Assembly (NCBI GenBank): GCA_907165135.1
Contig: OU015568.1
Location: 14,705,208 to 14,769,207 of the forward strand
From: Oikopleura dioica
Taxonomy: Eukaryota; Animalia; Chordata
Length of the DNA: 64,000 nucleotides
Direction: 5' to 3'
In this document: positions 13,866-27,976 of the stretch, piece after piece
How the letters are laid out: the number at the start of each line of letters is the position of its first letter
How positions within the stretch are numbered: the first letter of the stretch is position 1
The notes under the pieces: model-generated
Told to the model about the DNA's origin: nothing
Database searches by the model: none
Seen by the model: only the letters and a program-made list of their open reading frames with translations
Program-made: the position numbers and the translations under genes

Positions 13866-14197
13866 TGTTCCTTTGTTTCACGAGTGAGCCGAAGGAGTCG
13901 GATTATCATCGCACTAGTATAATAAAAGAACTTTTATGATGACGATCACCTTGCCCTGGAGTCAGTTGATTGACTCATGATCATATTTCTATATGTTAAG
14001 AATGGTTTGACATATTTTAGTCTAGAAGAAGTTCAATTCAGAATAAATATTCTCAGTTCATATATTCAGAAAATAAATTTGCCCATAAAACAGCCATTCT
14101 TTTCATCGGTCTCTCCGTCAAATTTGCTCAAGTGAAAGTACCAAAATGTTCTTCATTCTTCCCGAAGATTACCGAAAAAGATTCAAGAGAAAGAGTC

Positions 14198-16470
14198 ATG
14201 TCTTGTGATAGTCGCAATCCGACTATCCAAGAGTACTGCGATTTCCGGCTACGAAATATCCCCTATGGAAGCGATGTTAAACCACAGTCTTGCTACGATC
14301 GACCAGTCGACGACGCAGGAAATGCTAGACTTGTTCTTGAGTGGGGAGACTGGCTTGTTATTGGCGTTTATTTTGTGATCGTACTTGGAGCAGGTCTTGG
14401 CATTTCTCTCGTCGGAAAGAAGAAGGCTTCTTCGTCAGCTGCAACAGACTTTCTTCTCGCAGGCCGATCCATGTGGTTTCTACCTGTCGCGTTCTCTCTA
14501 TACAGCTCGAATATTGGAAGCTCTTCCTTTATTGGCTTGGCTGGATCAGGAGCCGCTGCTGGCATCGCAGTTGGTGTGTTTGAGTGGAATGCGATGATTT
14601 GCTTACTGATGCTTGGCTGGCTTTTCGTTCCAGTCTATCTTGCATCTGGAATCAAAACGATGCCAGAGTTTCTCCAACGTCGATTTCCAGGAGAGCGAAT
14701 TCAGCTTTATTTAGCAGTTTTGTCTCTCTTCATTTATATTTTTACGAAGATTAGCGCAGATTTATTCTCTGGCTCTTTATTCATTTCTCTTGCGATTCCA
14801 TCATTGAATTTATATGTGGCTATCATCATCCTCCTTGCTATCACTGCTGCGTATTCTGTCGCCGGTGGATTGAAGGCTGTCATTTACGTTGAAGCTCTTC
14901 AAACTGTCATCATGGTTATCGGTTCAGTCATTATGGCGGTTTATGCGTTCAATGAGATTGGAAGCGAGAATGAGTCTGCATGGGACAGTCTCTGGGCCAA
15001 GTACAACTGCTCGATTCCTTCTGACTACCTTTCGCCTCTAGAAACGCAGAATGGCGATGCATGTGGTGCCGTTAGAGATGATTTCGATCATGTTCTGCGA
15101 GCACCCGACGCAGATCTACCCTGGCCAGGTGCAATTTTCGGCTTGACTGTCATTGCAACATGGTATTGGTGTACTGATCAAGTGCTTGTTCAACGCTGTT
15201 TAGCTGCGAAAAACTTGTCCCATGTGAAGTTAGGATGTGTTATTGCTGGACTTATCAAAGTAACACCAGTGTTTTTGATGGTGTTTCCAGGAATGATTTC
15301 TCGCATCTTATTTACCGATGAAGGAATCAGTTATTAAATCAAAGCATAATCCAATTTGTATATTTATAAATAGAAAAATTTGACATTGAAAACATAAAAT
15401 AACTTTTCAAAGTTGCTTGCGTTGATCCTGACAATTGCAAGTCTTACTGCAATTCTAACATTGGCTGCTCAAATATCGCTTATCCTACACTAATTCTTCG
15501 TCTTTTACCAGCAGGATTACGAGGAATGCTCATGGCGGTCATGCTCGCCGCTCTCATGAGTTCTCTCACCTCAACGTTCAATTCTGGTGCTACGTTATTT
15601 ACTCTAGGTGCTTCTATTCATTCGATCTTTTTGTGATTTTGTTGTAGACATCTATGCAAAAATTCGCAAAAATGCCTCACAAGCAGAACTGCTAATTATC
15701 TCAAGGCTTACAATGCTTGCACTCTGCGGTATTTCAATTCTTTGGCTTCCTATCGTTCAAAATTCATCTGACGGACAGCTTTTTGACTACATTCAAGCAA
15801 TCACATCGTATCTCGGCCCACCAGTTGTAACAATTTTCGTTCTTGGCATATTCTGGCCGCGTTGCAACGAGCCAGGCGCTTTTTGGGGGCTTTTATGTGG
15901 ACTAATTATTGGTCTGACTAAAATGCTACTTGAATTCACGCAACCAACAGGGCTATGTGGCGATACGCTTCCAAACCCTTTGGTCTTGTCGAAGATGCAT
16001 TATTTACATTTTGCGATTTTATTGGCATTTTTAACGGTGATCATCGCAGTTGTCGTATCACTTTTGACTCCGCCGCTCGACCCAAGGTAAGGAAGTAGAC
16101 AAAGCTGGTGATAAAAATTCTAAGATATCTACCACGAATGACATACTGGACTAGGTTTTCTAATAAAAGGCGCAAATCTATTAGCGACTTGAAACCTAAG
16201 GAGGAAATCTCTCAAGCAGGTAAAAACTCAAAATTAACGAATTCATGTTTTGTTCAAGAAGTGCCAAAATGGCTGAAATGCCTTGTTCGTGAAAATAAAA
16301 CTTCCTCTGAAGAAATTTCCATCGCAGAAGAACAACCGAACGAGGAACATGATGTCGAAGTGGATCCCTGTGAAATTCTCAAGGAGGAAAAGTCGTGGAA
16401 CATTGCAGCGAACGTTGCTGCTGTTTTTCTAGCTGTTTCATGTGTGTTTTTGCACGCATATTTCGCATAG
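14198..16470 (+). CDS. Sodium:solute symporter, SGLT-type SLC5
   Basis: [70 protein letters not shown]-terminal TM. Confidence 0.93.
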
Positions 16471-16675
16471 ATTTCATTTGAATAAAAGGTAGTTTTTTCA
16501 CAACAGTAACGTTTATATCGCACATCGTTTCCGTTTGATGTACTAGTTCGTTTTTCGGGTGTTTTCTTTTGGGACATAAAAATACTCAGGTTCTTCAAGG
16601 CTTGAGTTTGAGAAAATGAAGCCATCATTATTCATCGGATAAACTCTTTTGAAAAATCTAAAAGCCGGGAAAATA

Positions 16676-19217
16676 CAGTTGGTATCCATCTTAAGAGGCC
16701 TTTTGAGATGACAAGGGCTGAGAGAAAGTCCTCTTAAGTTGGAACATTTCGAGTCAATTTAGGAATACATATTTTAAAATTCTTTTCTCACTAATGTCGA
16801 AGCTAAGCAGCATTACTGAAGTCAAAATTTGGACATTTGATGGAAAAATTGATCATGATTATTGTTTCCAGAACAAGGCGCGCACTTATGTTTTTAATTT
16901 TAAGGACCCCCATCAAGAATCGCGAAAATAGGGCATCTTAGTGAAAGTTTTCTCTAAAACTATCTTAGCCAGACCCTTAATTTTAATTGCATCCTTTAGA
17001 TCGAACCCTCTACTGCAACCGTTCCCTTTAAGATGATCTCTCGATGCCAAATTTAAGGTTATACAGGCCGTTAAAGGTAAAGTTGCTTAGTGAACGTTTT
17101 TTGGGGTTTTCGTTGGGGTATACCCTTAATATTTTTCATGGTAAAGTTAACGCCCTTAGCTACGACCGTTTGCTTTTTGAGAGTTTTTGTCGACGAACTT
17201 AAGGAAGACAGCCCCTTTAAAATTTTATAAGTCGAATCTTAGTCGAATTTCCAGATTTTAATTTTCAGTAATTATTGCCTAAATTGCCCTGAATAACGTT
17301 TTTATACTCGTGTTTATGATAGAAATAGTTTTTATGGTTGGTATACCCTTAATTACCATTAAAAAATAGCGAACTAAAGATTTTTAGGAAATGGACAATG
17401 TTAATTTTCAATTTTTGAAGGCATTTTCTGCCAAAATTTTCTATAAGATCAAAAAATTTTCTGAATTAAAGTTGTTCCTCGTGGTCTAAACAACCCAAAA
17501 AGCAAAAAAATTTGAAAATTTTGACTTTTTCATCTTGATGGGGGTCCTTAACTTGTTCATTCCTCGAAAAATATTTTGCTGGAAACATGTCCGAAAAGAG
17601 AATTCGCATGACGATGGCCGAGAAAAAAGTATGCAGAGATTTTGGTGAAAGGTGCAAACAAAAGAAATGCTAAAAGGCTGTAAATGAGCTCTATCGAAAA
17701 GAGCATGGACAAGATATTCCGAAATGTACATTTACAAACCTTTATAACAAAAGGTTTACGATCCTGTCATCGAAAACGAAGCACAAATACCAACTCACGC
17801 AGAAGAAATCTGCATCAATGCAAAAGCTCGAAGAAAAAATCAAGCAACTATACCCGAAACGCCAATATAAAATGAGACTTCGTGGAGTCGCGAGATGGTT
17901 ACGAAAAATGATCGATGAAAACTTCCCCGATGACAAAGAGATACAGGATCTATGTATTTCCAAACGCTTTGTCAAAAGAATAATACGTGACTATGGAAGA
18001 AAAACCTCCAAGAAAACTGATGTTATATTTCTCAGTGAAGAAGAGAAAAATTTCGAAATTCAGCGTTTACGATCCTGTCGTTCGAATTATCCATTGAGGT
18101 GAGGATTTGATAATTTATTTTTGAAATCATTAAATTATAGTGCTATTCTGAACTGTGACAAGACAGGCGTCAGCCGAGAGATTGACACGCGAAATCGTAT
18201 CCTGCTTGGATCAGATGATCAACTCTCGAAAATTGCTCATCAAAAAGAGCGGTTTACATATATCCCGACAATCTCTGCGTTTGGGCCGCTAAAAGATTAC
18301 CGCCCCGCAATCATAATAAGAAATCAAGGAAGTAAATGGAAAGGCGCACCAAGAAAGCAGATAGAACGAGTGGCCAACCCAAACTTCGACAACTCCAAGC
18401 CCTCCTCCTCTAAAAATCTCAAATTTCATGAAATAGAATTTCGAGATTTTAAAGGTAAAAATTGAAAAAAACAAAGCTTATTAATTTTAAGATTTTCGAC
18501 TATACTGGAATTCCTCCGCCTGGTGTACAAGAGCGATATTTATTCTGGAGCTGACTCGTCTTTCGGCGTTTTTGAAAGAAAAAAATCCATCGCAGCGTTA
18601 TTTGATGTATATCGATAACTGTCCGGCTTACAAGCTTCTTCCACAATTTAAAAATCTGCTACTACCTCGATGATTTTATCGTCGATCACGATCATCTTAA
18701 TATCACAGAGGAAGAGCTCGTGAGAAAAGCCAACGAAATCTTCACTTACATGAATCCAGCAATCTTCAAGCGAAATTGGATCAATACTGGACTGATTAAA
18801 GAAGAAGAATACGAGGAGAATGTTGAAGACGTCGAGGGCTTGGACGTTTTCGAAAGTATCTTGGAGAAAGAAGACGAAGAAGAATTGATCGAGCATTTCC
18901 TGGCGCTTCAGATCGATGATACACAAGCTGCGACCCCGATGGATATTGAGGAAGAACCTCAAATTCCAGGTTCAGATGAAGCCGACATTGCAAAGCCATC
19001 GCCTTCAAAATGGCCAGAAAAGCAGTCAAAGATTTCGAGTTTCTTTACTGTAAAAAAAAAATGCTTAATGACTCACTGTTTGCCAAGATATTTCCCGAAA
19101 TTTAATAAAAATCATCAAGAAAGTCCTCTTAAGTTGGAACTTTTTAGGATGACAAAATTAGCCAAATTGACGCAAAAGTCCTCTTAAGTTAGGGCCTCTT
19201 AAGATGGGTAACCACTG
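16676..19217 (+). mobile_element. pogo/Tigger-like DNA transposon, decayed, ~2.5 kb
   Basis: TA|CAGTTGGTATCCATCTTAAGAGGCC at 16676 and its near inverse GGCCTCTTAAGATGGGTAACCACTG|TA ending 19217; internal repeats AAAGTCCTCTTAAGTT at both ends. Confidence 0.85.
17588..18960 (+). pseudogene. Broken pogo-type transposase (HTH, CENP-B-like HTH, DDE_1 remnants)
   Basis: MSEKRIRMT.., KLEEKIKQLYPKRQ..SKRFVKRI, ILNCDKTGVSRE (NxDETG motif), IFKRNWINTGLI then acidic tail; in-frame stops and missing centre. Confidence 0.7.
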
Positions 19218-19435
19218 TACTCCAAGATTTTCAATATTTACCTTAGATATGGCGAGTCCGGTGACAACACTGTTTCATTGTCCGATTCTTCTATTATTTC
19301 AACTAAATTTTTGTTAGCGATGATTTATCTTTATTATTATTTTTACCGAACGTGTCTTTTTTTGCTTCTATTAATTTCCGAGTTCTCAGGCAAAGTCCTT
19401 TTTGAAGGACAGTCTTCAGGTATTAAAGTACGCAA

Positions 19436-21034
19436 TTAAAGTATCTCATTACCTCTCGCATCCGAGTTTGCAATAATACCAACGGAGCCTTTCATCGAGT
19501 TTGCAAGACCAACCATTGCGGGTCCTATTTGTTGGAAGCTACTTCTTGACTTGGCGGCGATTATTTTTCTGTTCAACCAGCCCATTCGCGATCCAATGCA
19601 GAAGAGCTCACAAAGCTCGAGAAGGGAAACAAGAGATATCCCAAGAATGAGGCTCATTGCTCCACCCACATCTAAAGTCAAAATTCAATGTCTAAATGAA
19701 AACAGTTTAGACCTGAGAAAAGCTGGCTTATTTCGTAGTCTGCTTGTTCTTCGTGTTGCATTTCGTAGTTTTCTGGAAGCGAGATTCGTACTGAAGCCAA
19801 TGCAATATCTGGGAATCGTTTGAGCATCTCCGCTGTTTTATTCCGGAAGTTCTGATGCATCTCAGTGTAATAAACTGTTTTCTTATAAAAGAGCTCCGAG
19901 CAGGGGACCGGGCAAGTGCAGTTTGAATACATGAACTCCTTGAGAATGTGAGCGACGCATCTCGTGTGCTCGTGGTACATACAAACAGGGTAGTCAGTTG
20001 TCTTCGGAAAATATGGGACCCAACATCTGCACTTTTTGTATACTTCTTTGATCAAGCATTCGTAGTTGCAATTGTACTTGCTGTAGTGGTCGAAATAGGC
20101 AAGAGATCCGTTTTTGATGCACTCGGTGTAGGGCTGCCCAAGTTTGATGTTACGATGTTGCTGGAGAAACATGATTGGAACGATTCGGGAATTGACAGTA
20201 ATGCTAGTAAATTGAGTAGCTCAAACGTTCTAATCAAGATTCACCTTCTCATGGGGTCGAGAACAGTCTCTCCTTCGGGGTTGTAAAATATTGAGAATCC
20301 ATCCATGAACGAGTTCCAGCCGTATGTCCAGTCGCTTTGATTGTACGCCAGCACCATCTGCAATGACCGAAATCCATCGGGCGACTTGGACTTTATGTCC
20401 GGCACGGCAGCAAGATCCAATACTTGGCAGTTTCCATACAGAGTCAATGTGCGCTAGAAATGAATTTTAAAAAATGATCAAATGCTTCGTTTACCTTCCA
20501 CCACTTGGTACAGTCGTCTTTTTTGTACTTGCATGAGATCATAAGAAACGCAGAATACGTTTCGTTGTAGAAAGTTTCAAGATCGATGTGGTCAAAAAGC
20601 GACAGATCATGTTTGTACCCGTCGTGGTTGTGCCCGTAAAAATCCCACAGGGAGCAATTGTCTTTGATCTCATTACCACGATGTTGAATTCCCAACTCTG
20701 GGTGAAGTTTCATCAGTTTTTTTCGCGAGTGCATCGAGTTTAGACAAACAGTTATCACGGGAAAAGAGTCGACCTCATACTTCGCTCGATCCTTTATTGA
20801 ATGCGGGTACTGAACATTTACTAGAACTTTGAGCAGTATCAACAATAGTCGAACCTGATAGTATTTGACTCCGATTCGCCAGATGTGATAGAAAGCGACA
20901 TAATTGCCACTAATGAAAACCATCGCCCACATAAGCCTTCTCGGAATACTGATCTTGTTCGCAAAAATATACTTTAACCAGCCGCAAGAGCTCCCGCTAA
21001 TATCAAAAAAGTCTTCTTTTTTATCCTCACCCAT
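19436..21034 (-). CDS. DEG/ENaC (ASIC-like) channel subunit
   Basis: TM1, FPVITVCLNS, TLYGNC, YSKYNCNYEC..CRCWVPY, CTCPVPCSE, GGAMSLILGISLVSLLE in TM2. Confidence 0.9.
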
Positions 21035-21397
21035 GGCGAAAAAGACTCTTTTCTATTCTGCAGTGGAGAATAGCGTTAATGGTTCTTTTATGCAGCGATT
21101 CAAAGGAAAATAAGGTTGCGACCGCATTTGACGTTTTGGGGTCTGATTAAAACGAAATAAAATTGCATAACAAGACACCAAGTGAAGTTCAATTACAGTG
21201 ATTTAATAGGATCCTGCACGCGATTTTTTCACTGAGCTTTTCAATTGCATCTTAATTTTGCTTATGCCAAAGCTCGTTTATTCTGCAATGTTGGAGAGTC
21301 TTCTGGATGATCAAGTCTGGATCACAGCTGACGCGTGTGAACCCGTGTAGGTGTGCTGCCTATTTTGGGGAAAATCTATTCTTGAGAAAAAAATAGC

Positions 21398-23427
21398 ATG
21401 AATGATATTATTTCAAAAATTGCTGAGAGAAATCTCGATCACATCATAGAAGAAATATTTTGGACGTTAAAACCAAAGGATATCTTGAGCTTAGCACACA
21501 CATCTCGTCATCATCGAAGTCTCGTCGAAAACTTCGAACTTCTCCCGTTTTCCCTTTCGCAAGAAGAAGATGAGTCAATCGTCAACGATGATTTCGAGGA
21601 TCAAATCGACAAAGGTTCCAATTTTATGAAATTCGCCGATTAAAAAATATTTAAAAAGAATTACGATTTTGCTCAAACAAGTTTATGACCGTCACAGACT
21701 CTATTTCACGTTTCCTCTACCGACAACAGGAACAGATTTTACCTTTTTTCCTCATGTTTTTATTTGAAAAGAACTGCTTTAAAATTTCATTTTCATTAAT
21801 TCTCGGAAGAGACAGCTCGCGTTAGGGCGTAATAACATCTGAGAAAAGCGAAAAGCTGGAATAAAAACAAAGAAAGGCAATTTTCAGCGGAAAATTCACA
21901 GAATCAAGGATATTACCAGCATTGATGAGCAATTAGGTTTGGCTTTCTTAGTCTTGCGAAAAAACCTGTTTCGGCTTTTATAAAAATTTATATGTTTTGA
22001 AAGCCTCGATGAAGAAATGCCTGTAAAATATCATTATCAGCACTACACAATTTTCGAAGATAAACTTGTCGTTCTGGAGCCTTATGGTTGGATCTCTGTA
22101 ATTGACACCGGAACGTGGACCCTTAGGAAATTATGCAAGATCTTCTTTTCGACAAACGTGTTCAAGTTTAAAAACTTGCGTCTGAAGAGAGCAGTTTTGT
22201 GCTTATGAGAGGGCGACTTTCACGGTTTGGCTCGGCTTGGTCGCTACTGAGTCTTTCATCATTTGAAAAGGGGATTATTTGAAACAAACGTTTAGTAACG
22301 ATAGAAATTATATGAGACTGATGTTAATTCTCGTGTAGTTCTATTTGGTCAGGGAACACCTGGAGCACCAAGATCTTTAACTATGACGGCGAGCTTCAGG
22401 AAAAGACTTTTTGATATTTTTTTCTTATTGAGCATATCACATGGAAACTCTTTCAAAGCAAATTCTTCCTTCAGGCGAACTTCATCTCAACCCGTCTAAT
22501 CCCAATCAACTTTTCATCAGGTAAAAATTATCTCAAAGCGATCATAAAATTTCATCTTAGCGCGAACTCGAATGACCAAATCGTCAGTTACAATCTCTCT
22601 GACGCTCTGGAACGGCCCCTCTTTGACGCTGAGTTTGGATTCGAGCCGATGAACTTTGGCATGTTCACTTGGAAGCCGAATATAAACGTGCTTGGAGAAT
22701 ACGCAGTTGTCGAATGGAACACCGTCGGTAACAACTTGCGTGACCGGAATAGAGAGCTGTGGGTTTATTCCACAAAAACAGGCGCTGAAATATCAGAAAT
22801 CCAGATCGAAGATAATGACCCAAAAGTTCCAGTTTGGTCAAAATGGTTTATGTTCAATGAAGAGCAGTTTCTCATCGTAGTGCACAAAATTATCGAAGTT
22901 CACCGCGTCGTCAAGTTCTTCTGCGAAGTCGAATTCGAAAAAGTCTACTTTTGTAACCGCATACGCCCGATAGACAGCCAGGGCGAAAAACTTGAAATTT
23001 CCGACGTTAGAGGACATGTGACTAACGTAAGGCCTTCTCTTTAGCATCATGGAAAATCTTTAAGCGCAGGATAGCGTCATTCTCGGCTTCTCTGCAAAAG
23101 ATGAGCCAGTTCGCCTGGTTTCGCTCTCTTTCAAAGAACTTCTACATTACCGAAACGAGGACAAGCTGAATATCGAAAGCATCGCATTTTTGGAGGATGT
23201 TCGAACCCCGAACCTGACGTGTATTGACAATTCCCTTCTTCTTTTCAAGTAAGCTGGCCATTTCTAACGGCTTCTGACGCCAAAAAATTAAGCACTGAAA
23301 AGGGACTGATCGAAGAAATGGACTTTCTTCACTTAGAAAAGAAGGATCAACTAAAGCTATTCGAAAAGATGGGTCTGTCAACAAGATCGGCCAGTATGTT
23401 CAGAACAAGGCAGAGAAAAAATTAAGC
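21398..23427 (+). CDS. F-box-like protein with beta-rich C-terminal region, multi-exon
   Basis: IIEEIFWTLKPKDILSLAHTSRHHRSLV fits the F-box pattern; downstream exons are beta-propeller-like; 3' end ambiguous. Confidence 0.55.
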
Positions 23428-23918
23428 GAAAGGCTGAAAGAAATTGATGAAAAGTGTGCAGAATCTGAGAAAAGAGCAAAAGATGTGCGAGAATCGTTAG
23501 TGAAAAGCAGGTTTTTGCAACGCCGATTTTATGCGTTCTAACTATTTTGAAGGGATGAAAGTGTCAGTTATCGACCTAGATCTTCATTCACCGACCAAGA
23601 CAGATTTTCTACATATACAACCAAGTATAGAAGCACTGCGAGTTCTTCGACTTCTGGTGCTTATTCTCGAGGTTACACAAGCTCGATTGGGCGGAGCAAC
23701 AACACGTTTGATAGTCCCAGCTCCAGTTCCTCACGATACAGTTCATCCTACACTCCTTCTTCGTATTCGAGCTATTCATCATACAAAAGCCAGACGCCTT
23801 TTTCATCCTCTTCAACTGGATCCTACTCTTCGAGGCCATATTCGTCATCTACAACCAGCAGTTATACACCGTCTTCTTCCTTTTCTTCTTCAAGAAGATA
23901 CACTTCTTATCGTTAGAG
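23300..23918 (+). CDS. Coiled-coil plus Ser/Tyr/Arg-rich low-complexity tail, possibly an extension of the F-box gene
   Basis: KKLSERLKEIDEKCAESEKRAKDVRESLVKSR splices (GT-AG) in frame to DESVSYRPRSSFTDQ..SSYSSYSSYKS..RRYTSYR*; no in-frame ATG. Confidence 0.45.
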
Positions 23919-24372
23919 TCAAAATAAATGACCTTCTTTTCAAAACTTGAAGTTCTGGGCTTTAAATAATTCTTCTGTTTTGACAAGTTTCCACAAAAAC
24001 GTGTTCGATGACACGATAAATTTCGAAGTCTGCGTTGATCAAAGTCGTGAAATCTCTGATTCAAGAAGTCTACGAATTAGAAATGATTTTCGTTCACTTT
24101 CCCCTGCGCGTCGTCTTCGCTTATTTGTCCGAGCGTTCCTCGCGCTACTATATTTTTCTTCGTCAGCGACGGCGATCCTGCCACGCAGATTATATTATTG
24201 CGCTGATTTAGAACTAGCTATCAACTTCTAGGTGGCGTAATACTCTTAAATACCTTATCAGATCCAGAACGAGCAATTATCACAGATCACATTTTTTCAA
24301 AAACCCCTTTTCTCGAAAAGTCGGAGACTACTTCAAGAACAAGAGGAGGAATAAAGAGATCAAAAGAGGAGA

Positions 24373-26249
24373 ATGAAAAAGTTCCCGCTTGTCGCTACTG
24401 TACTTGGGAAGGCATCTGCTATCTCAGGAAAAGGTTCACTATTCACTACGCAAAAATTGAGCTACGTGATTTGATTGAACCCGACAAAGGCGAGTATGCA
24501 GCGTCGAGTACTTACATTCAAAGATCGCCGACAACAATCTGCCCTGCTTTCTCACATGTTGAAAATGCCGAGTACAAATGCGACGACACAGAAGACAAAC
24601 TAGAGCACAACTCTGTTTGCACCTTGAGTTGCCTTGAAAACTACGAGAACTCAGTCGGTGAGGTCTCGCGGAAATGCAATTGCTTCACAACATTTGGCCC
24701 AATCGAATTTCCAAAGCAGTGTACTTGGGATGGCGAAGCTTTTGATGCGTGCACAATAAAGTCGGGCCTTACTGTTCCGATTTGCCCGACTTTGCCAGAC
24801 ATTGAAAATGGAAAGTGGGTCTGTGAACGGACTCGCGCTGACTCCCAAGACGGCGATGTTTGCTATAGCACCTGCAATGACGGTTACGCTTTGACGGAAA
24901 CCAATTTGCGTGCCATTCAATACGACTGCGACTGCCAGGGCGAGGATTGCCTTTGGAGTCAGCGAGGAGCAGTGCTAGAGCTCGCCCTTCGTCAGCGATC
25001 GGCATTCGTCCTCGGACGTCAGCCAGTCGGAATCGCTCCAAGATCGTTCACTCAGTCTTCCACCGGTTGGAGCACGAATATCTTCAGAGATGCTTCAGCG
25101 ATCTTCCCACAATGCGTCCCGATTCAAAGGGAAACATACAACGCGTTTGACAACACGGTTACTGAGTTCAATTTCTGTCCAGATCTGGTTCAACCTGAAA
25201 ATGGAAACTTCCTCTGCACTCAAGGAACCAGAGAGGACACAATTTGCAAATTGACCTGTTCTGAGGGATTTTTAGAGGCTGGATACGGCGATAAAAATGT
25301 AAGTTTTTTTGCAAAAGTAAATGAATCTGAGCGTTATTACTAATAACTTATTAGCGACTAAAATGCGGAGAAGTATCACGCGGAGTGTACCAATGGCGCA
25401 AGAACCCACTTGATTTTGTGTGCCTGGATCTTTCAGCGGATTTCGAAGAGCACCAAGCTGGCTACGACATTGGCACTTGTTCCGATCCAAGAGGCTCCGC
25501 TATCGACAGCTATCCAGGTTTTTTTACTTGCGACATGGCGATCACTGTTGATGGGGTAAGTATTTTCTTGAAAGAAGAAGTATGTGATCTCACATGTTTT
25601 CCCGGTTACAGGAAGGGTTCGATGAGTTGTTCTCTGACAGATTTTATTCGATAAGAAAGAATTAAAGAACCCGCAAAGATTAACAACTGGGCGTTCGGAG
25701 AAAGAGTGCTTCTGCCGAAAAGACAACTGCTTCTGGCGAAATGATGACAAAGTCAACTGCGAGCCTGACGAGGGAGTTTTACGCGCGTTCGGCGTTTACG
25801 ATACATGGGCGAATATAGGCGATCCTCGCCGTCAAATTGAGTTTGCTAGACAGGCACTTGGAGGAAAAGAACAAGAAATCACCCTTTACAGGTTTTTCTA
25901 CTGCCATTACCACACACTTCTAAAATGTTTTAAGGATGCGACAGAGTGAGTCTCTCATCACGGCTCGCTCGGGGAGACCTAACAGAAAGAACAAAGCAGG
26001 TACTGGATTACTACAAGCACGGAGCTTGAGTATGCCTGGCCGACCCCAAAAAGTGACGTCTTGCGATGCGATTGAACGATCCGCCGGGCTCGAAAGTGCC
26101 AACTGCACAGGACAAAACGCGGGCGCTAGTTGCCGTTTTAGGTGCAAAAGGGACTTAAACTCGATGGCGCTAGTTCCATCTATTGCTCTTGCAACAAAAG
26201 AGGGAACAAATGCAAGTGGTCGAGTCCTGTTCCGACCTGCGAGTCTTAA
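24373..26249 (+). CDS. Secreted sushi/CCP-repeat protein
   Basis: Repeated C-P-x-L/F..ENG.W/Y.C..C..GY/F..C..W..C modules (ICPAFSHVENAEYKC, ICPTLPDIENGKWVC, FCPDLVQPENGNFLC); ends KCKWSSPVPTCES*. Confidence 0.75.
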
Positions 26250-26399
26250 CTTTTTAAAGTATTTTATGCCGGTTAACTTCAACAAATGAGTTTTTAAATT
26301 TAAAAAAGGATAATATTCCCAGAAGATTGCAAATGGCCTGCCGTCAATGGACTTGATATTATCCCTTATTTAAATTTAACATAACCACAATTTTGAGCT

Positions 26400-27640
26400 T
26401 TTTTTTTATAAATATATCGCCCTGTATATAGGAATTCCATTGGAGACCAACGAAGAGGACAACTTGTGAAAATGTCCTGGAAAAAACAACGATTTGATAA
26501 AAATCGACTTCTATTTCTGTAAATATGACGAATTTGACTGTTTTAATTGACAAAATAAACGATTTATTACCATTTTAGTCACAGTTTTGCTGTCTCCCGA
26601 ATAAATTTAGCACCAAACGCAGTTTCAGAAAAACGTTTCGTTTCCTTAGCCTTTTCATGCATCGTCTGCGCCACTTCGCCGTTGATGATAACTGTCAAAT
26701 TCTCCAACGTGCCAAAAGCAGCGCCCATATCAAGATAGCAAGATGGAAAAACTAGCGCTAGTCCTCCATTGTCTCCGATTGCAGAGCTGCTTATCTGAAA
26801 GTAGTTTAGAATCGTCATGACTCACGAGCTTTAAAACGGCACCTTGTTGTTTGGAATAAGTTTTTGCAAAATCTTATCAACTGTATTTTCTGGCTCTTGC
26901 CTCAGAGCAGGAATATTTTGGATCTCATTGAGGTCGGCAGTGATGACGAAATCGGTCGAACTGGGAGGGACGTTGATGTAAGTTGGTGCGTTGCCAGCGA
27001 TGGATACTGATTGAACTCGAACTGTGGTCACTCCCGTTTTTCCACTAAGAGAATAACTTGAAAACTGCTTTATAAATTTTAGGTCTACCAGAACCAGGCT
27101 TGCTTAGCAATTGTGAAGCGCCTGAGAGCAGCAAGACGAAAGAAAACAAGAGCAGTAAAGCAAGTTCCAAAATAAAGATCCAAAATGCTTCGGTAGAAAG
27201 TGTAATTTTCATCTGTTTCGAATAAAGATCGTTTCTCGTCATCTTTAAATTAGGTAAAGATACGGAATTAATTCGTTTCAAAACCTGTCAGTGCATTAAA
27301 TTCTTGATTTTCTTGTTCGAGTCTGCTTAGATGTTTGAGTTGTTGAATTCTGACAGCAAATAGATAAAACAGGACAGCGAACATCAGCGGCTGAAGAAAT
27401 TGAAGTTTTGGGCGAATAATCGGCTCAGCTTCGAGTTGATCCGCCACCTTCTCAGGGGTCATTTTTGGGTTGGATTCGACGGCGCGTTCAAGCGTTCGGT
27501 CGATAGGAACGGCGGTCTTTTCGAATGGAAGGAAAGTTGAGGCCCAAATTGAAGAGTGGTGGCATTCCGCAAAATCAGTCTAAGAATATCGTAAATTTTA
27601 TTATTTTCAAATTTTCTAATTGAAAATATGATAATGGTCA
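26400..27640 (-). CDS. Unidentified multi-exon coding region(s) with hydrophobic segments
   Basis: Short ORFs separated by intron-sized gaps (FWIFILELALLLLFSFVLLL; SSAIGDNGGLALVFPSCYLDMG); no family recognised. Confidence 0.3.
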
Positions 27641-27976
27641 ATATGATATATTGACAATATCGAAATGATTATTTCTGATTATTAGGTTTAAAAATCGTTT
27701 ACCTTCGCAAGCTTCGAAGAAAATTGAACTGAACACGTTGAAATTCTTCGGTAAGAAAGAGTTACAATATCTCTCTGAAAAATCGCCCTAGAAAGCATTT
27801 TTACCCTTTTTTCTCGTTTTGATTCTACGAGAGCTCCTATTGGCTGCTTTCTCCGTTCCCAATTGCCAGAAAGATTCAGTCTATCAAAAGATCACAAATT
27901 TATTGATTTATTCATTATCAAAGTATCATAAAGGGAGACAATTTGAAACGCACAGTACAGTAAAATTACGTCCAGC

